Source: Trichinella spiralis (taxonomy: Eukaryota). Taken from it: a stretch of DNA of 64,000 bases. Shown here piece by piece: positions 15,716 to 30,340 of this stretch (position 1 is its first letter; the number at the start of each line of letters is the position of its first letter). Made by a program: the position numbers and the translations under genes. The DNA lies in NCBI RefSeq assembly GCF_000181795.1, contig NW_003526945.1:853645-917644 (forward strand), read 5' to 3'. Under the pieces are notes generated by a model. It saw only the letters and a list, made by a program, of their open reading frames with translations. It made no database searches and was not told the origin of the DNA.

Positions 15716-18700
15716 ATGCCTTCTTCTAAAACAGCTTCACCTGTTTTAAATGGTATTAATGATACAGGAGGAAGAACTACTGCTACTGCTGCTACTCCTA
15801 CTACTGATGCTACTGCTACTGCTGAATCCAATACTGAAGGTTTACGTTTGAAGCAGAGAATTGGTTTATTTAATGGATGTGCCATTATTATTGGTGTTAT
15901 CGTTGGCTCAGGCATTTTCGTCTCTCCTAAAGGGGTGATAATGGTATGTTACAGGGTGTTTGTTGTATTTATTAATAAAAATGATCATTGAAATCAGCGT
16001 GTATGATATTTCAGGAATCTGGAAGTGTTGGTATGAGTTTATTAGTTTGGTTTTCGTGCGGAATATTTTCATTGATGGGCGCTTTGTGTTATGCCGAACT
16101 GGGAACGAGCATCCCGAAATCTGGCGGTGATTATGCTTATATCAAGGAAGCATTTGGAGAAATTCCTGCGTTTCTATTTTTGTGGGTTTCGTTGGTGATC
16201 ATCAATCCCAGCAGCAATGCAATAACAGCGCTCACGTTCGCAAATTACGTATTACAGCCAGTATTTGGCCAGTGCGATATACCAGATGCGGCTATACGTA
16301 TGTTTGCTTTCCTTATCATTTGTAAGTTATTTTTTTATTGTTGATTGTTGAAAATTTATTTAAAAGTTTTTTTTCACCATATCATTGCCCACCATTTGTC
16401 CAAAGGTGAAAATGTCATAATATTCAGAGGCATTTCTTTTTCTGTAACCAAATTTATAGGTCAACAATTGTAATTATGCAGTTGATTATATCGGTTCAGC
16501 TAGAGAGACCTTTACTGCTTTTTCTTTTTGCAAATATATTCCCATAACTTATAATTGAACAAATTACAAGTTTTATAATATATATTATTTAAACAAAATA
16601 TAAATACAGTTAATTTAGTTAGATTCATTTCGCATGATATGTTGTCTAAACGGTGAATGAACAGTGTCAAAAAAAATCGATTTTTTTATTTTGAAAATGA
16701 TTGATAATCAATACGTACACAATTAGCTTGACAGGTGAACAAGGAAATTTTTCATTAATGACAATGAAAATGACATAAGCTTTGTTTGAAAAAAAATATG
16801 AGGTGTGGGAGCATATACAAAATATATATTTACTCTCTGTCACTCTATGTATATGTATTGTTCACTTTATTATTATTATTATTCAGGTACAAAAAATTAT
16901 ATTTTTGTCTGGAGTTGATAAATAATAGCATGTTTATTGATTTGTCCGCAGTGCAGTTTAATTGATAATTAAGTTACGCACATCACTGCCCATTTCTAAA
17001 TTTGATTTGCAGGTTAAATAAACATTTAAATTTATTTATTGAATATGTTGTATTTATGTTTTAATTTTAGGTTTGTTATTATTTATAAACTGCTATAACG
17101 TCAGTTGGGCTACGAAAACGCAAAATGTTTTTACAGTTACCAAAGTCATCGCTCTTCTCATCATAATAATTACTGGCTTTGTTTGGCTTGGTCTTGGTGA
17201 GCATTTTTGTATTTTTACATTTATTATTGCTATCAGTTTGACATTTGGTACTTGGAATTTGTAAAAAGTACAAGTTTTTGCATAAAAATGAGGAAGAAGC
17301 AAATTACCATATTATTACAAAACAATACTAGTGCAGCATTTTTTGTTTGAAAATTTAATTTTAGGGAATACCGAGCATTTGAAACATCCGTGGGATGGTA
17401 CGATTTTGAATTTTGGATCTACTTCGCTTGCATTTTATCAAGGAATTTATTCATTCGCTGGTTGGTAAGTTTCATTTCATTTCAACCTTGGCATAATTTT
17501 TTTGTGTTGTTCAATATCATTTTTTAATTTTAGGAATTATCTTAATTTTGTAACAGAAGAATTGAAAAATCCTTATCAGTAAGTATTGATAAATGGTGAT
17601 GAAGGTTTGTCTTTTATAAGTTGAATAATTGCAATTTTTTGACTCAGAAATCTGCCACGAGCAATATATATATCTTTGCCAGCGGTGACGTTAATATACG
17701 TATTTTGCAATCTGGCATATTTTGCTGTACTTGGAATTGATGGAGTGATCGATTCAAATGCTGTAGCTGTAGTAAGGCTATTTTTATGTGTGAAAAAGAA
17801 TAATATTATATTTCTATATTACTTTATATTTGCATATGTTTTATTTAAAGTTGGAATTTGCATTTTCACATTACAATTTTATTAATTGATATTTTTTTAG
17901 TCATTTGCTGATGCTTACATGGGAAAATTCTCCATTCTCATGCCTATATTTGTCGCTTGTTCAACAGTTGGAAGTCTGAATGGTGTTCTTTTTGCCGCAT
18001 CTCGGTAGAGAATTTTATTCTTATTTTCTTTATGAGGATAATTTTTTAAATCGATTTATCATTCTCATTTTAGGATGTTCTTTGTTGGAGCTCGTGATGG
18101 CCAGCTTCCAGAATTGTTGGGCATGATCAATTATAAGCTTGTCACTCCATTGCCGTCGCTGATTGTTTTGGTTTGCATTTTATAATTTTCATTATAAAGC
18201 ACAACTTGGATATGCAGTTGAATAAAATTTTGCACCTTTGTTTTCAGGGTGTTATTTCTTTGATTATGCTTTGTACAACAGATTTGTTTTTGCTGATCAA
18301 TTACACCGCTTTCACTGAAGCTCTGATGGTCGCTTTTGCTGGTGCAAGTCTATTGTATCTGCGATGGAAACAGCCTAATCTACCACGTCCAATAAAGGTA
18401 TTTTATGCTTAACAAATATTTCAAATGTTTCAATAGCCTTTTCTGCTTTTAGCTCAATCTGTTGATACCAATATTTTTCATGATAATGTGCCTGTTTTTA
18501 ATAATTTTTCCATTTTTTGTTTCTCCATTTGAAGTTATCATTGGTTTGGTGATAACGTTGTCTGGAATTCCCGTCTACTTTATTGGAGTTTATTGGAAAT
18601 CCAAACCGAAATGGTTTACTGATAACTGGAGTAAGTTATTCTTATTCTTATTATAATTATAATAATTGTTGTTGTTATATTTTAGTTAAATTTACCCATT

Positions 18701-18741
18701 TTTGTCAAAAATTGAGCATTTCTGTGCCGGAAGAAACTTAG
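15716..18741 (+). CDS. SLC7 light-chain (LAT/y+LAT, nematode aat family) amino-acid transporter, multi-exon
   Basis: [96 protein letters not shown]. Final exon ends SVPEET-TAG at 18741. Confidence 0.95.
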
Positions 18742-19754
18742 AGATTGCTACTCACACTGCTTATTGTCATTCTTTATTTCGCTTACAAGCTTTCAATTCT
18801 GTGCACCAATGATCAACCATATTCGGACAGATTGTTTTCATTTCTAATTCACAACTGCATACTCAGATGATCAATCGTGTAACGGCGTTTTCTTTGTTTG
18901 GTTTTACTAATTTTTCACGCTTATATTGTTCCCGATGCATTCATCCATTGTAAACATCATCGCACTTGAGCTTCTTATTGATTTCATTATTTTCATTAAA
19001 AGCACATGGTGAATTATGGTTAATTTTCAAAATTAGTAAAGAAGGTTACAATCAGTTTATTTTGATATTGAGCAACATTTCACAAACATGTACTAAACGT
19101 CCCTCTTGAAATATCCGTTTACTATTAATGATTTTAATATTAATTAAAAAATAAAAAACAAACAGATATTAATTCTTCCTTTTGCAATATATTCAAAATA
19201 TTGTTGTCACTGAAAGTTTATTTAAAAGTTTCAATATGCAACTTTTTTTTTAGTAATAATCTAAATGGTGACATTTCATTCTATTTCCATTGATCAATAA
19301 ATTTCATTAAAAATGATTGCCTTATAATGTTTTTCTGTACTTATTAATCAATTTTTATTTTGAAATTAATTTCCAGCTAACGGAAAGCGAGCATACTGTT
19401 GTCGGAATGGCAATTCTGTTGTTACTGTTTGCAATCAACGGCAGAGCACGTTTAAAACAAATTGCACACCAATTGTACATTTACTATGGAATCAATTTTC
19501 AATACTGCCATCAACAATTCTTTAACTAACTAATTAATAATCAGCTAGCTGTTAGCAAATTCTTTGAAATAAATCTTCTAAATAGAGTATTTAAATGGTT
19601 TAAAAGCATTTACTTAATATATTTTTGTTAATATTTTTAGAAATTCATTATTGCACTAAATTATATATATATACAGAGAGAGAGAGGGGGGGGGGAGGGA
19701 AAAATTGAAATTTTATTCTTTTATGAATAAGCAAATTTTTAAACAGAACATTAA

Positions 19755-22700
19755 CTAACCATCGTAAACAACACTCACTTTGGTATTGTTTCGAAAAATC
19801 CTTCCACATCCAGGTAAACAACAATTGGTTGGAAGAAGTTTACCTACAGTTTTTTGCATTTCAGGATGAATTGTCATGTACATTGTAGGCGTTAGACACC
19901 AGTTGAGATCTAAAATAGTGACAGAAACTCTCAGAACTGCTGGATATCGTTTGTCCAATCTGAAATACAACAACGACCATGGAAGAATTTGTGAAAAAAT
20001 ATTCGTCAATAAAATCATCGCAATGCTGCGCATTATTGTACATTCTCTTTTCAATTGCATATGCCGCAGTTGTCCGTGGATTGTGCGTCTTTGAAAATAC
20101 ACCGAAATCAAAGTCATCAAGTACAGTACTGCTGTGAAACTGCTCATCCAGAAGTTCATTCCAACCATGGCTCTTTGGTAAGAAAGTCCAAAACATTCGC
20201 GCAGTTGGCAAAGATGAGACACGCTAACGTTCGCATACCTGAATGCATTTTTCCAATACAACGCCAATTTCAACGTCGTCGCTATTCCAATAAAGCTGCA
20301 AACAATGCAACAATTTCTTTGATTCAAAATTCTGTAATGAAAACCCATTCTTGTAAAGGTGATAAGCCGTTCTAAACAAAGGGCAAACGTCGAATACATT
20401 GTGATATCGTATCCAACAAGAAATAAAGACACATGTGGAGCTCGGATTATGCAATCGCGGATTGTCCAATTTTTCGGAAAGCCATCTGCTACGCTTGTAA
20501 CATAAGATTGAGCTTCAAAATTAATTATAGCCAGAGCCAGAAGAATATTTCCACATCCTAAAACTAAAGTTTGATTTCAATTTCACTGAAAACAATCTAC
20601 TATTCGAAGCACTTCCTTATTATTATAAAAACCTACCTGCAAATGAATCAATTTATCAAACATTTTTTACAACTACTTTCTTTAAAAATTCATTTACAAT
20701 CAAGTTATAATCGACCTTTATTAAACATCAATAATTAACAGTTCATATTAGAATTCACTTTAATCTGTCACCATTTTATTCAAATATTATTTTAAGAAAT
20801 TAAAGAAATTTACTTACTGTAACTGTGTACCGGATGCTCAGTTAAAAAATTTATTGAAGTTACAGTATGCTTCAAATAAATAATGTTTGAAAGTGTTTTT
20901 TATTCATTGGATGCAACTAAATTGTTCTGACAATGTAATTTTGCTATTGAAATCATCAATTTCCTGGTGTAATAATTTACATTTCAGCAGTTGCATTGTT
21001 CAGCGATAAAGATTATTTTAGCATTAAAATGAAATAAATGCCTATTTTTTTTTAATTTTTACCTCTTCCTGTTAAATTTGTTTATAAGTTTTGTTTAAAG
21101 TTTATCATCAGTGATTAGATAGTTTTGAAATTAATTTGCTAAAGTAACTGCTGAGCAATTGCCTCTTTCCCTACTTAACCCTCCTGTTATCCTCAAATTT
21201 ACTTACCTCCCGTTATCCTCCGGGTCAAATTGACCCATAAGTGATGCACAGTTTGTTTTGCGGTCATACTGTGACTAAGTATTCGTGAATTTTATTTTAA
21301 AAGGTTCTGATGAATATTCTAATACTCAGAGATTATTTTTTTTAATATGCCCGTATATGGTGGATGTACATTGACACACTTAAATTTCTTCTGCACATAA
21401 GTTACAATATGATTGTGTATGATCTTTACAAATGTATTTTTGGCATTTTTTACAACGTACGCTTGTCTTGTTGTCATTTGAAACACACAATTGACATCGG
21501 GCACTTTTTTTACCACCTGTATCCGTATCAGTGATACCGCTTGTAGATGACTGCTCTGCATCTTTCCGCATCCGTTCAACCGCCGATTTTGCTGCTGCTG
21601 TTCTGGGCAGTGTTTTGCGCCACATCATTTCTGGTTGCACTAGAGCCTTGCCAAGTTCTTCCAGGAATAATCGACGCTTATGCAGCCGTTCTAAATTTTA
21701 TGCTGAATGTTTCACTGTCCATAGAACGTAGGCGTTGTATGCCGATACGTCGATGATGTAAAATATGACTAATGGCCATCGTGCAGATATTCTTTGGCAA
21801 GAATACGTTGGTCATTTTGTCTAAATTATCCACACCACCTTTAGTATTACTATAGTGTAGAATAATGTCAGGCTTGCTTCCCTTTCTGTCGCAAACCTGG
21901 TTGCCATTGTGCATAGTACTTGGAACTATAACATTCTTGTTCTTTTTTGGGAGGTATGATACGATGGTGCAATCTTCAGAAAAGGCAAATGTTGAAAAGT
22001 TCAATTTTCTGCCTTGTAGTTGCAGCAGTTCCTGGGTAGCTCTGGCTTGTTTTTTTTACAGTTCCAACCAAAGTCAAATTCTTTTTTTTCAGTTCTACCC
22101 CCAGTGCATACGAAGTAAAAAAGTTGTCACATGTAACATTATCACCTTTTAGCCCCTTTACCATGTCGAGAACCACTCGCATCCCTTGGTACTTCGCACG
22201 AGTTCCACTTGACGGCTTGCCAGTGTATATTTGCATATTCCATGCGTAGCTTGACTTTCAGCAACAGGCTACCCAAAACTTATTGCCATACTTTGCCGGT
22301 TTCTTTGGCATGTACTGTCTGAATTGACATCGGCCTTTGAAAGGATACAGTCGCTCATCAACTGTAACGTTTTCGGAAGGATTATACATCTTAGGTAATT
22401 TTTAACCCATATATCCCATAAACTAAAGAACCTTGAAAGTGATAGATGTTGCATTGCCTTCAATAATGATAAAGCAGCAGAAGAAGATCGATCATGGGGC
22501 CTAAGTGACCCCGGGGATTTCGCATATACGTAAAGTGCATACAGCAGTTACTATGAATGACAGACGCGCAGGAATTTCAGTATATGCAGATAAGGTGAAA
22601 TGAGGAAAAGTCAAAAAAATTCAACATCAACAGTCAATAATTTTGGTACTAATTTTTATGTTGAAAATCAAAACGGGTCAATATGACCCGGAGGATAACA

Positions 22701-23612
22701 GGAGGGTTAAAGTAGCATTTCTATTAAATCAATATGAACTAATTACGGTTTTTTCCTTTGTAAATTATGTTTTGTACAGTTCATTTAAAAATACAGCACA
22801 GTAAAATTGCGCATTTAAGCACAGCGTATAAGTGTAAACTTTTAGCAACAGCTTATCGCAACTTCGTTGGTAATGATTACTCACTGAATAATGTTAAATA
22901 TATGCTTTGAAATTTATTGATATTTTACCACTACTAAATAGTCCAAAATATGAGGCAATTAACATTCTATGAAAAGTTACGCCTTAATACAAGCGTGATG
23001 GTCAGAACAATAACAGCTTGCTAAAGGGACACTTTCTATTCCTATGTGCAGAAGCCATTTTGAAAAACTTATCGACCTGACAATTAATTATTCGAATTTA
23101 ACTTTATTTCAACCGAAAGTTTTCCAAATTTAAAGTTTAAAAACAATAATAGTTTAACATCTAGATGAATTTTAACGTGCTCAAAATTAAAATTAATATA
23201 TTAAAAAAGAAAAAATAAGAACAAACTTTTCACTTGATAATAATCAATACAATGCACAGGAAAATACCTCAAAGAGAACAATAAAAAGGTAAGAAAATTC
23301 CGAGCAAATCCTATATAAATGATTGTTAATTTTAAATGAGATGCTTTAAAAATAGTGCGATTTGTTTTGTAATCAATGAATATGAATGAAACTGCTGTTT
23401 AATTTAAATAAAAAAATATAGAAAAAAAGAAATTCATTACCAGACATGAAAACGCTGTACACTTGCTTTATCCGGCATCTTCTGATCACTACCAACATCA
23501 GGCTGTTGAGTAAAATTGCAAGACAACCCAACGTAATGTAAAATGCAAGCGCAGTGATATCACTTTCAGAAATGGGAAATTCTTGCAAAATCGTATTTGT
23601 CGAATTTTCCAT
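19755..23612 (-). CDS. Rhodopsin-like 7TM receptor (nematode chemoreceptor/srsx-like); 2 exons 23612-23441 and 20557-19755
   Basis: Exon 1 encodes the N-terminus and TM1 (LAFYITLGCLAILLNSLMLVVI). It splices in frame (TCT G|GA TGT) to exon 2, which has ALCLERL (DRY-like) and a TM7-like LNWCLTPTMY. Confidence 0.75.
21179..22706 (-). mobile_element. piggyBac-superfamily DNA transposon, internally deleted and non-autonomous, 1528 bp
   Basis: TTAA at 21175-21178 and 22707-22710. Perfect 16-bp TIR CCCTCCTGTTATCCTC at both ends. Subterminal palindromes GGGTCAAATTGACCC and GGGTCAATATGACCC. Transposase remnants inside. Confidence 0.96.
21380..22375 (-). pseudogene. Frameshifted PGBD-type transposase remnant
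   Basis: TVDERLYPFKGRCQFRQYMPKKPAKYG, MQIYTGK, VTCDNFFTS, TKGGVDNLD and a C-terminal Cys-rich domain RCQLC..RCKKCQKYICKDH..YCNLC lie in different frames. The N-terminal part is missing. Confidence 0.9.
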
Positions 23613-26335
23613 AAGTTTATTAATAATAATATTGAACAATTAAGATCTGCATTAGAAAGAAAAGAAAAAGAAAAAAAAAACAAAACGTCCTTTCACTCTC
23701 TTCCACCAATCTCTCTTCTGCTGATAATTCTTATAATAAAGTTGAAATTATTAATTTAACATGTCATGTTTTAAAATTTTTACAATCAACTTTCCTTTCA
23801 CTAGAATTGATTGGTTGAAATTTCTGTCACGTGATCATTGCTTTGCAATTAGCCAGACTTAATTGCTTTAAAAACTCCAAATCATTAAATATGCATTAAT
23901 TAATTTGATCCAGATCAAAAGTTGATTTCACATTATTCGCTTAAATTTTGACATCTGACAAAAGAAAAGAATATTATCACAAAAATTAATCTCGCTTATC
24001 AGCTCATTAAAATTTTAGAAAAATATTACTTTTTTTATTGCTTTAAAAGTAACATTATAGAAAAATTATTCATATGTAATACGTAAAAGATTATGTATCT
24101 TATTTTAACAAAAGTAGCAGCTTCATTTTGGTTTGAAACATTACTAAAGCTGCTCGAATTGTTAATACTAAATATTAATAAACCTATTCATAATAAATCA
24201 CCATTACACACTTTGCCTCATTTCACATACTGCCTACATTTTAGCATCATTAATTCGAAAATAATGTATGCATTATTTAATTATGCTGCTCTGTGTTCGT
24301 TTCAACAAGAATTTCATTTTACACGGTACAATTATGCAATCCATCAAACGACTCAACACCATAGTTATTTTACTTTATACATGAAATTTCAACGAACAAA
24401 ATGTATTACATTTTAATTAATAATTTATTGTATATAATTTAAATGAAATCATCAAAGCAGAAACTAACACACTGCTGTGCCTTTTCTTTCTTTCATCATT
24501 GTTTGATCAATCAAAAATAATTAAAAAAAATGCACGTCCTCAATGAATATGATTAAATATAATAATTCCATTCACACGCATTTAATTAAAAAAAAAATAA
24601 AATTCATTTTTTTATTTATAAAACCTACAGCATTTTTTGAATTCCTTGATAAATTTATTATAAAGCTTCGATTTGATTGCGTTGACCAACTAACAAAATT
24701 TTAACTTATAAAAAATCACCATAACTGAAGGGATCAAAAAGGGGGGAAAAGATAAAAAATTAACCATTTACTTACAATTTTGCATACATGAAAATTCTGC
24801 TGTCACGACGTAGGTGATACTGTTTTTCTAGTTTTGCTTCCGAGCGATTATCTTCATCAAATTTATCTCTGTTCCATAATGTTAAAATTTGCATATAAAC
24901 TCTGGGGCATCTTCCTCTGTTCTACCAAAGCTCATGCAATAAATTGTGTTATAATAAACATTTTTCACAAACCCATGTCACATATAAAAATCGATCTGTT
25001 TTTGCTTTATTTAATTAATTACATGACATATTTGCATCTTTAAAGAATTACCACTACATTATTTATACATGAGCTCGGATATTACACAATGTGTCATTTG
25101 AAAATTTTTCAAATATTGATAAATTCTAATTCAATTGTAAATTAATTTTTCAAATATCAATAATTATCTCAGTGATGCAAAAATTTCCTCTGCTCAATTC
25201 TAGGAAAAAATTGCAACTGCGATAGGAAATTTTATTCTCTACTTTAACATTTCAACTATTTCACTGTCGAATTATTTGTGTGTATGGAGTTATTTTATTT
25301 ATTCAAATTTTAATCCAAATAAATATAAGTACAGTTCATTTTTTTTATTTAAACTTCTATTTTTGTTTATTAATATAAGATAAGGAAAAACAAGTAAACT
25401 TCCGATTAAAGATGCTATTATTCAAATATCACGGTTTTCACGAAATCAGCAGTGAAGGGTAAGCATTTTCTAAACATCGATTATTCGTTAAAATTATTAA
25501 AAATTTCATGCTACTGCCTTTAATTGATTTCCGCAGTAAACATAGATTCGTAATTATTTTCCCTTAATACTATTTTGAACTTAATTATAACGAATAAAGT
25601 TCAATGAGATAAAATATATTATTTAACCATTTAGTGATCAAGTGATCAAGCCACAAAAGCCATTTAACTTTACAAAGTGTGGTTGATGTTTCTCTTACGT
25701 CATATCATACAAAATGCAGAATTGGATGAATTACTATCCTCATAAATAAAAAAAAAATAAGTAAATTCTTCACATCACCTTTGGCGAGCAATTCAAAATT
25801 TGAAACATAGTGTGCAAAGTGATTGCAATCTGAAAAATAACTTACTATTGAATTACATTGATCCAATGCGAAAAAAATAGTAAAACAAGCACACAAAGCT
25901 TGCTGTTGAAAAAAATTATTAACCAGAGCAAGTAGATAAAAAATGTTCATTTTCCCATAAATTTAGTTTTACAATTTCAATTTTGCAACCTGCAAAACAT
26001 AGAAACTTCTACGATCGATAGGGTTTCTCAAACGCTCGTATAAATAAAACGATAATTATTTTATCTGAACAAGCAGCACTTTCAAATATTTAAATAAGAT
26101 ATAAGACAAGAGGAATCAGGGGAAAAAGGACCTCATCTAACAGAAAAGTAGTTTTTACAGAGTAGTATAATAGAAGCCATTACATTATATTACTAAAATA
26201 TAAAAGTGCACACTATACGGTTTGAAAAACATTTACCACCTTCGAGTTAGAAAATTTTCAACTTTTCCGTGTACCAAAGAAAAAAAAACCTCTTTAACGC
26301 TTCTGTACGTGTGTGCATCCAATTAACCAAATCTT

Positions 26336-29300
26336 TTATGCTGCTTCATTTTCATACTCTCTAGCTGCGTTCACACATTTGGCCATAGTCAACGACGCTC
26401 GAGTGATACTATCGGTGATGTAAAAATCAGACAATTTTGTCTGCACAGACGACAAATCCTCCGTTGACAACGATATCTACCAGTAAAAACACAATTATTG
26501 TCAATAATAGAACTGAAAAAGAAATTTACATTATTTTTAGCAGAATAGCACGCTGATACGCCGAGAAAATTTGCCGCTTCTCTAATACCGAATTTATTCA
26601 AATGTGGAGCAATTTCTGACATACGTTCACGAACGTGCTCAATTTTATCGTACGGTAATGGATAACCAATAACCTACAATTTCAAATAATTCACACAAGA
26701 GAAAAAAACATCATGAAATCATAAATAGGTTGAAAATTTACCTCAGAAACAGCCCTTATGATTTTCCAATCTTCCCTGGCAATACCCGGTGGTGAGACTG
26801 CTTGCAATGTTCGCTGAGAACGGCCTTCAGTGTTGACAAAGGTTGCATTCTTTTCCGTATAAGCGGAACCAGGAAGAAGCAGATCACATATCTCGGCTCC
26901 AGCATCCCCATGATGACCCTGATAAATGACGAAACAATCCGGCGGCAGCATACGACGAGTGATCACGCCCTGATCCGCACCAAGCATGTACAACATTCTG
27001 GGAGCACTCTCTGCTATACCATCCACACCAGGCACGTAACCAATATCCAGAGCCGCAACTTGACTTGCATTCTGAAAATTTTAACGTACATTTTTCACGA
27101 AAATCAAAACCGCACATCAATTTCATAAGGAAGCTAATAATCATATATTACTCGATGCAAAATGTTCAACACTTTCCAATTGGGATCATTCGGTTTTAAC
27201 ATCAACGAAACTTGCTGAAGTATACTCAACATGGAATCGCCGTCCGAACGCTGGAAAACTGCCGTTGATACCAAAATCATTGGCCTCTTTGCCGCCGTCA
27301 ATTTTTTCATCACTTCATGTTTACAAGCTAACATTTCTTCCAAAATTTTCGGCGAAGAACCAAAATACTACAAAAAATTCTCGATAATTGTAAAAAAATA
27401 ATAATTAAAGAATACAATATATACTTCATAATCATAAGTCAGGTCTACGTTCGATCCAATCACTCCAACTTGCAAATCATTATGGACATAGCTGAAAATT
27501 ACACTGTTCAAAATTATGCATAGAAAAAAGATAAAATACCTTTTCCGAATTCGTGCATTTAAAACTGGCGCTTCATAACGTGGATTTGAACCAATCAGCA
27601 AAAGATAATCACAATCTTCAATACCAACAATACCGTCGTTCAAGATGTAATTGCAACGAAAGTCAATTCTTGAAAAATAAAAAAAAAGATTCCAATCAGT
27701 TTTCAAATTTGCAACATACAGCTAATTCCATTTTCAAACAATGCCCTGAAATGCTTATCAATGAAAGAACAGTAGAAAATACTGCAAATACCCGGAACCA
27801 GTAGTGGGAAAATTCTCCTCGGTACACAACATTTCACAGCCAAGTTTGTTGAACAAATCTTTCAAACATACAAGCGCTTCAGCATCGACAAACTGTCCAA
27901 CAACAACAGCCATTCTATTTCCAGACATTTCGTTGAACTTTAACAGAAATTTATTTTAAAAAAAAGAATAAAAAAATAACACCAATATAAGCAATATTTT
28001 TTCACTTACTTTTTCATTGCAAAGGAACAAAGCATCTTCCCAGTTGCAATATTTCAACTCACCGCTGTCACATCTCACCATCGGACTGACCAGACGCTGA
28101 CGTTTCAAACCATCGTATGCAAAACGAGTTTTATCGCTTATCCATTCTTCGTTAATATCCTAAAATAGTTAGTGATTTTGAAACACATGCACAAGTGCAA
28201 ATTTAAAATTCGTTCAAAACTAAAATTCCACTTGCTTCATGAACTCGTGGAATGATGCGCATGATTTCGCCAGTGCGATGCGAGATGACTATGTTACAAC
28301 CCAATGCGTCCATCACATCCACGCTTTCTGTTTTTCTCGTTTCCCACGGTCTGGCGTGGAATGAATATGGCTTCGATGTAAGTGCACCAACTGGACACAA
28401 GTCGATCACATTTCCAGAAAGCTCGCTCGCAAATAGCCTATCCACATAACTACCAATTTGCATATCATTTCCTCGTCCAGTTGTTCCAAATTCCTCAAAG
28501 CCGGCAATTTCGTTTGCAAATCTGTAAAAATCAGCAATTAAATGAACAGCTTGCATCTGGTGCAAAACACATCGGACAAACCTGACACATCTTGTACAAT
28601 GAATGCACCTTGTCATTATGGTCTTAACCAGAGGACCCAAGTTTTTGTTCTCTACTGCCCGTTTGCCAGTAAAATTTATATCTGTAAATCGACTTCGATC
28701 CGATCCAAATGCCATGCTTTGATCTTGCAAATCGCATTCACCGCCTTGGTCACAAATTGGACAATCCAATGGATGATTAACTAGCAAAAATTCCATCACA
28801 CCTTCACGAGCTTTTTTCGTCATTTCACTGTTCGTTTTTATTTTCATTCCATTAAATACTGGCATGGCACAAGAAGCGACTGGCTGAAGAAATTGAAAAG
28901 AAAAGCAAAATATGTACATATATATAAACAAGAAATCAACAAAATTGTATCAATTCAACTAACTTTGACAGATTTTTCCACCTCCACAAGACACATTCGA
29001 CAGTTTCCAGCTATAGAAAGACGATCATGGTAACAAAATCTTGGTATTTCAACGCCGGCAATAGCGCAAGCTTGCAACGCTGTCATGCCAGGTTCGGCAA
29101 AAACACGAATATCATCTACGAATACTTCCACCTTTTTTGCAGAAGTTGCAGTTGAACGGTACGAAGCTAAAGTAAAAAATATTTAAAAAATAAATTTTAT
29201 TATAGTCATTTGCTAAGGAAAAAAATTCATCTGCCCTGCATGCTTTGATAAACTGATACTGTCACAGTTTAAATAAAATACAAGAATTTTCCCAATAATT

Positions 29301-29500
29301 AACATTTCTGCTATTAACAAGCTGCACCGCTCAGTACAGTATAAAATAAGTTTACAATACATGTTGAAACAAATGAAGGAAAAATATACAAACCAAAAAA
29401 CGACGGGAAAAATTAATTTAACAATAATATTACCAAGTTTGAAAAATCCACTGCGAAGGATTTGAACAAAGCGTGAATGCAGAACCAAATTACTTGGCAT
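26336..29500 (-). CDS. NDUFS1: NADH:ubiquinone oxidoreductase 75 kDa Fe-S subunit (nuo-5), multi-exon
   Basis: [88 protein letters not shown]. Ends [19 protein letters not shown]. Confidence 0.98.
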
Positions 29501-30058
29501 GACGAAGAAAATAATTCAAAATTTCCAATCTTTCTATTCACTATACGCCTTAAAATGAAAACAAACGTCATCAATTAAACATAAAAACTATTACAAAAAT
29601 GCTCGTGAATTGGCCAATGCTTTTTGCATGCACGCTTTATGACCAATGAAATAAAAAGAAAATGAAATTTTGATTTCGGGACAAGAAAATAAAAAAAATA
29701 AAATAACAGTTTTCCTTGTCGCCTTAGGAGATAAAATTACCGATATAATTAATTATAAAAAATAAATAAAAAAGAAAAAAAATTATCAATGCAAATAATA
29801 AAACTAATCTTGAATTGCAAAAAATCAGATATGCATCTTACGCTGGGAAGTACACTTTCAGTTACCGTGTAAATGATTTTCAGGGATATATTACATTCTT
29901 AGTATAAGAATTTACTTACTTCATATTGCTATCAAAATTATATGAAGTGTGTTATTTTTTATCCTTTATTTTCCGATGTACTGACACTCCGTGTTCAGGT
30001 TCCAGCGTCTTTTGTAGATCAAAATTATTAACATTGACGCGAGCATTTATAACGCTTG

Positions 30059-30084
30059 ATTAATTAATTAATTAATTAATTAAT
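30059..30084. repeat. (TAAT)n microsatellite
   Basis: attaattaattaattaattaattaat. Confidence 0.85.
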
Positions 30085-30340
30085 CTGTTTCTATAGTTTA
30101 ATGTTATGAAAAAATATTCATAAGCATTTAAGCATCAATTATTAATTTCTATTATGACAAAATTTGAACTTGCATTTCAGTCCACTACATCCTTCGGTAA
30201 TCCTTTCTATCGTTCCTTGGTTCGTTTTGCAGGTTCCATCTGCTGTATATTTCTAAGTTTGCTTCATTTATATATTAAAATTATATAATATATTAATATT
30301 TTTTTCTTTATTACATTTAGAGATTTTTTACGCTGAAAGA

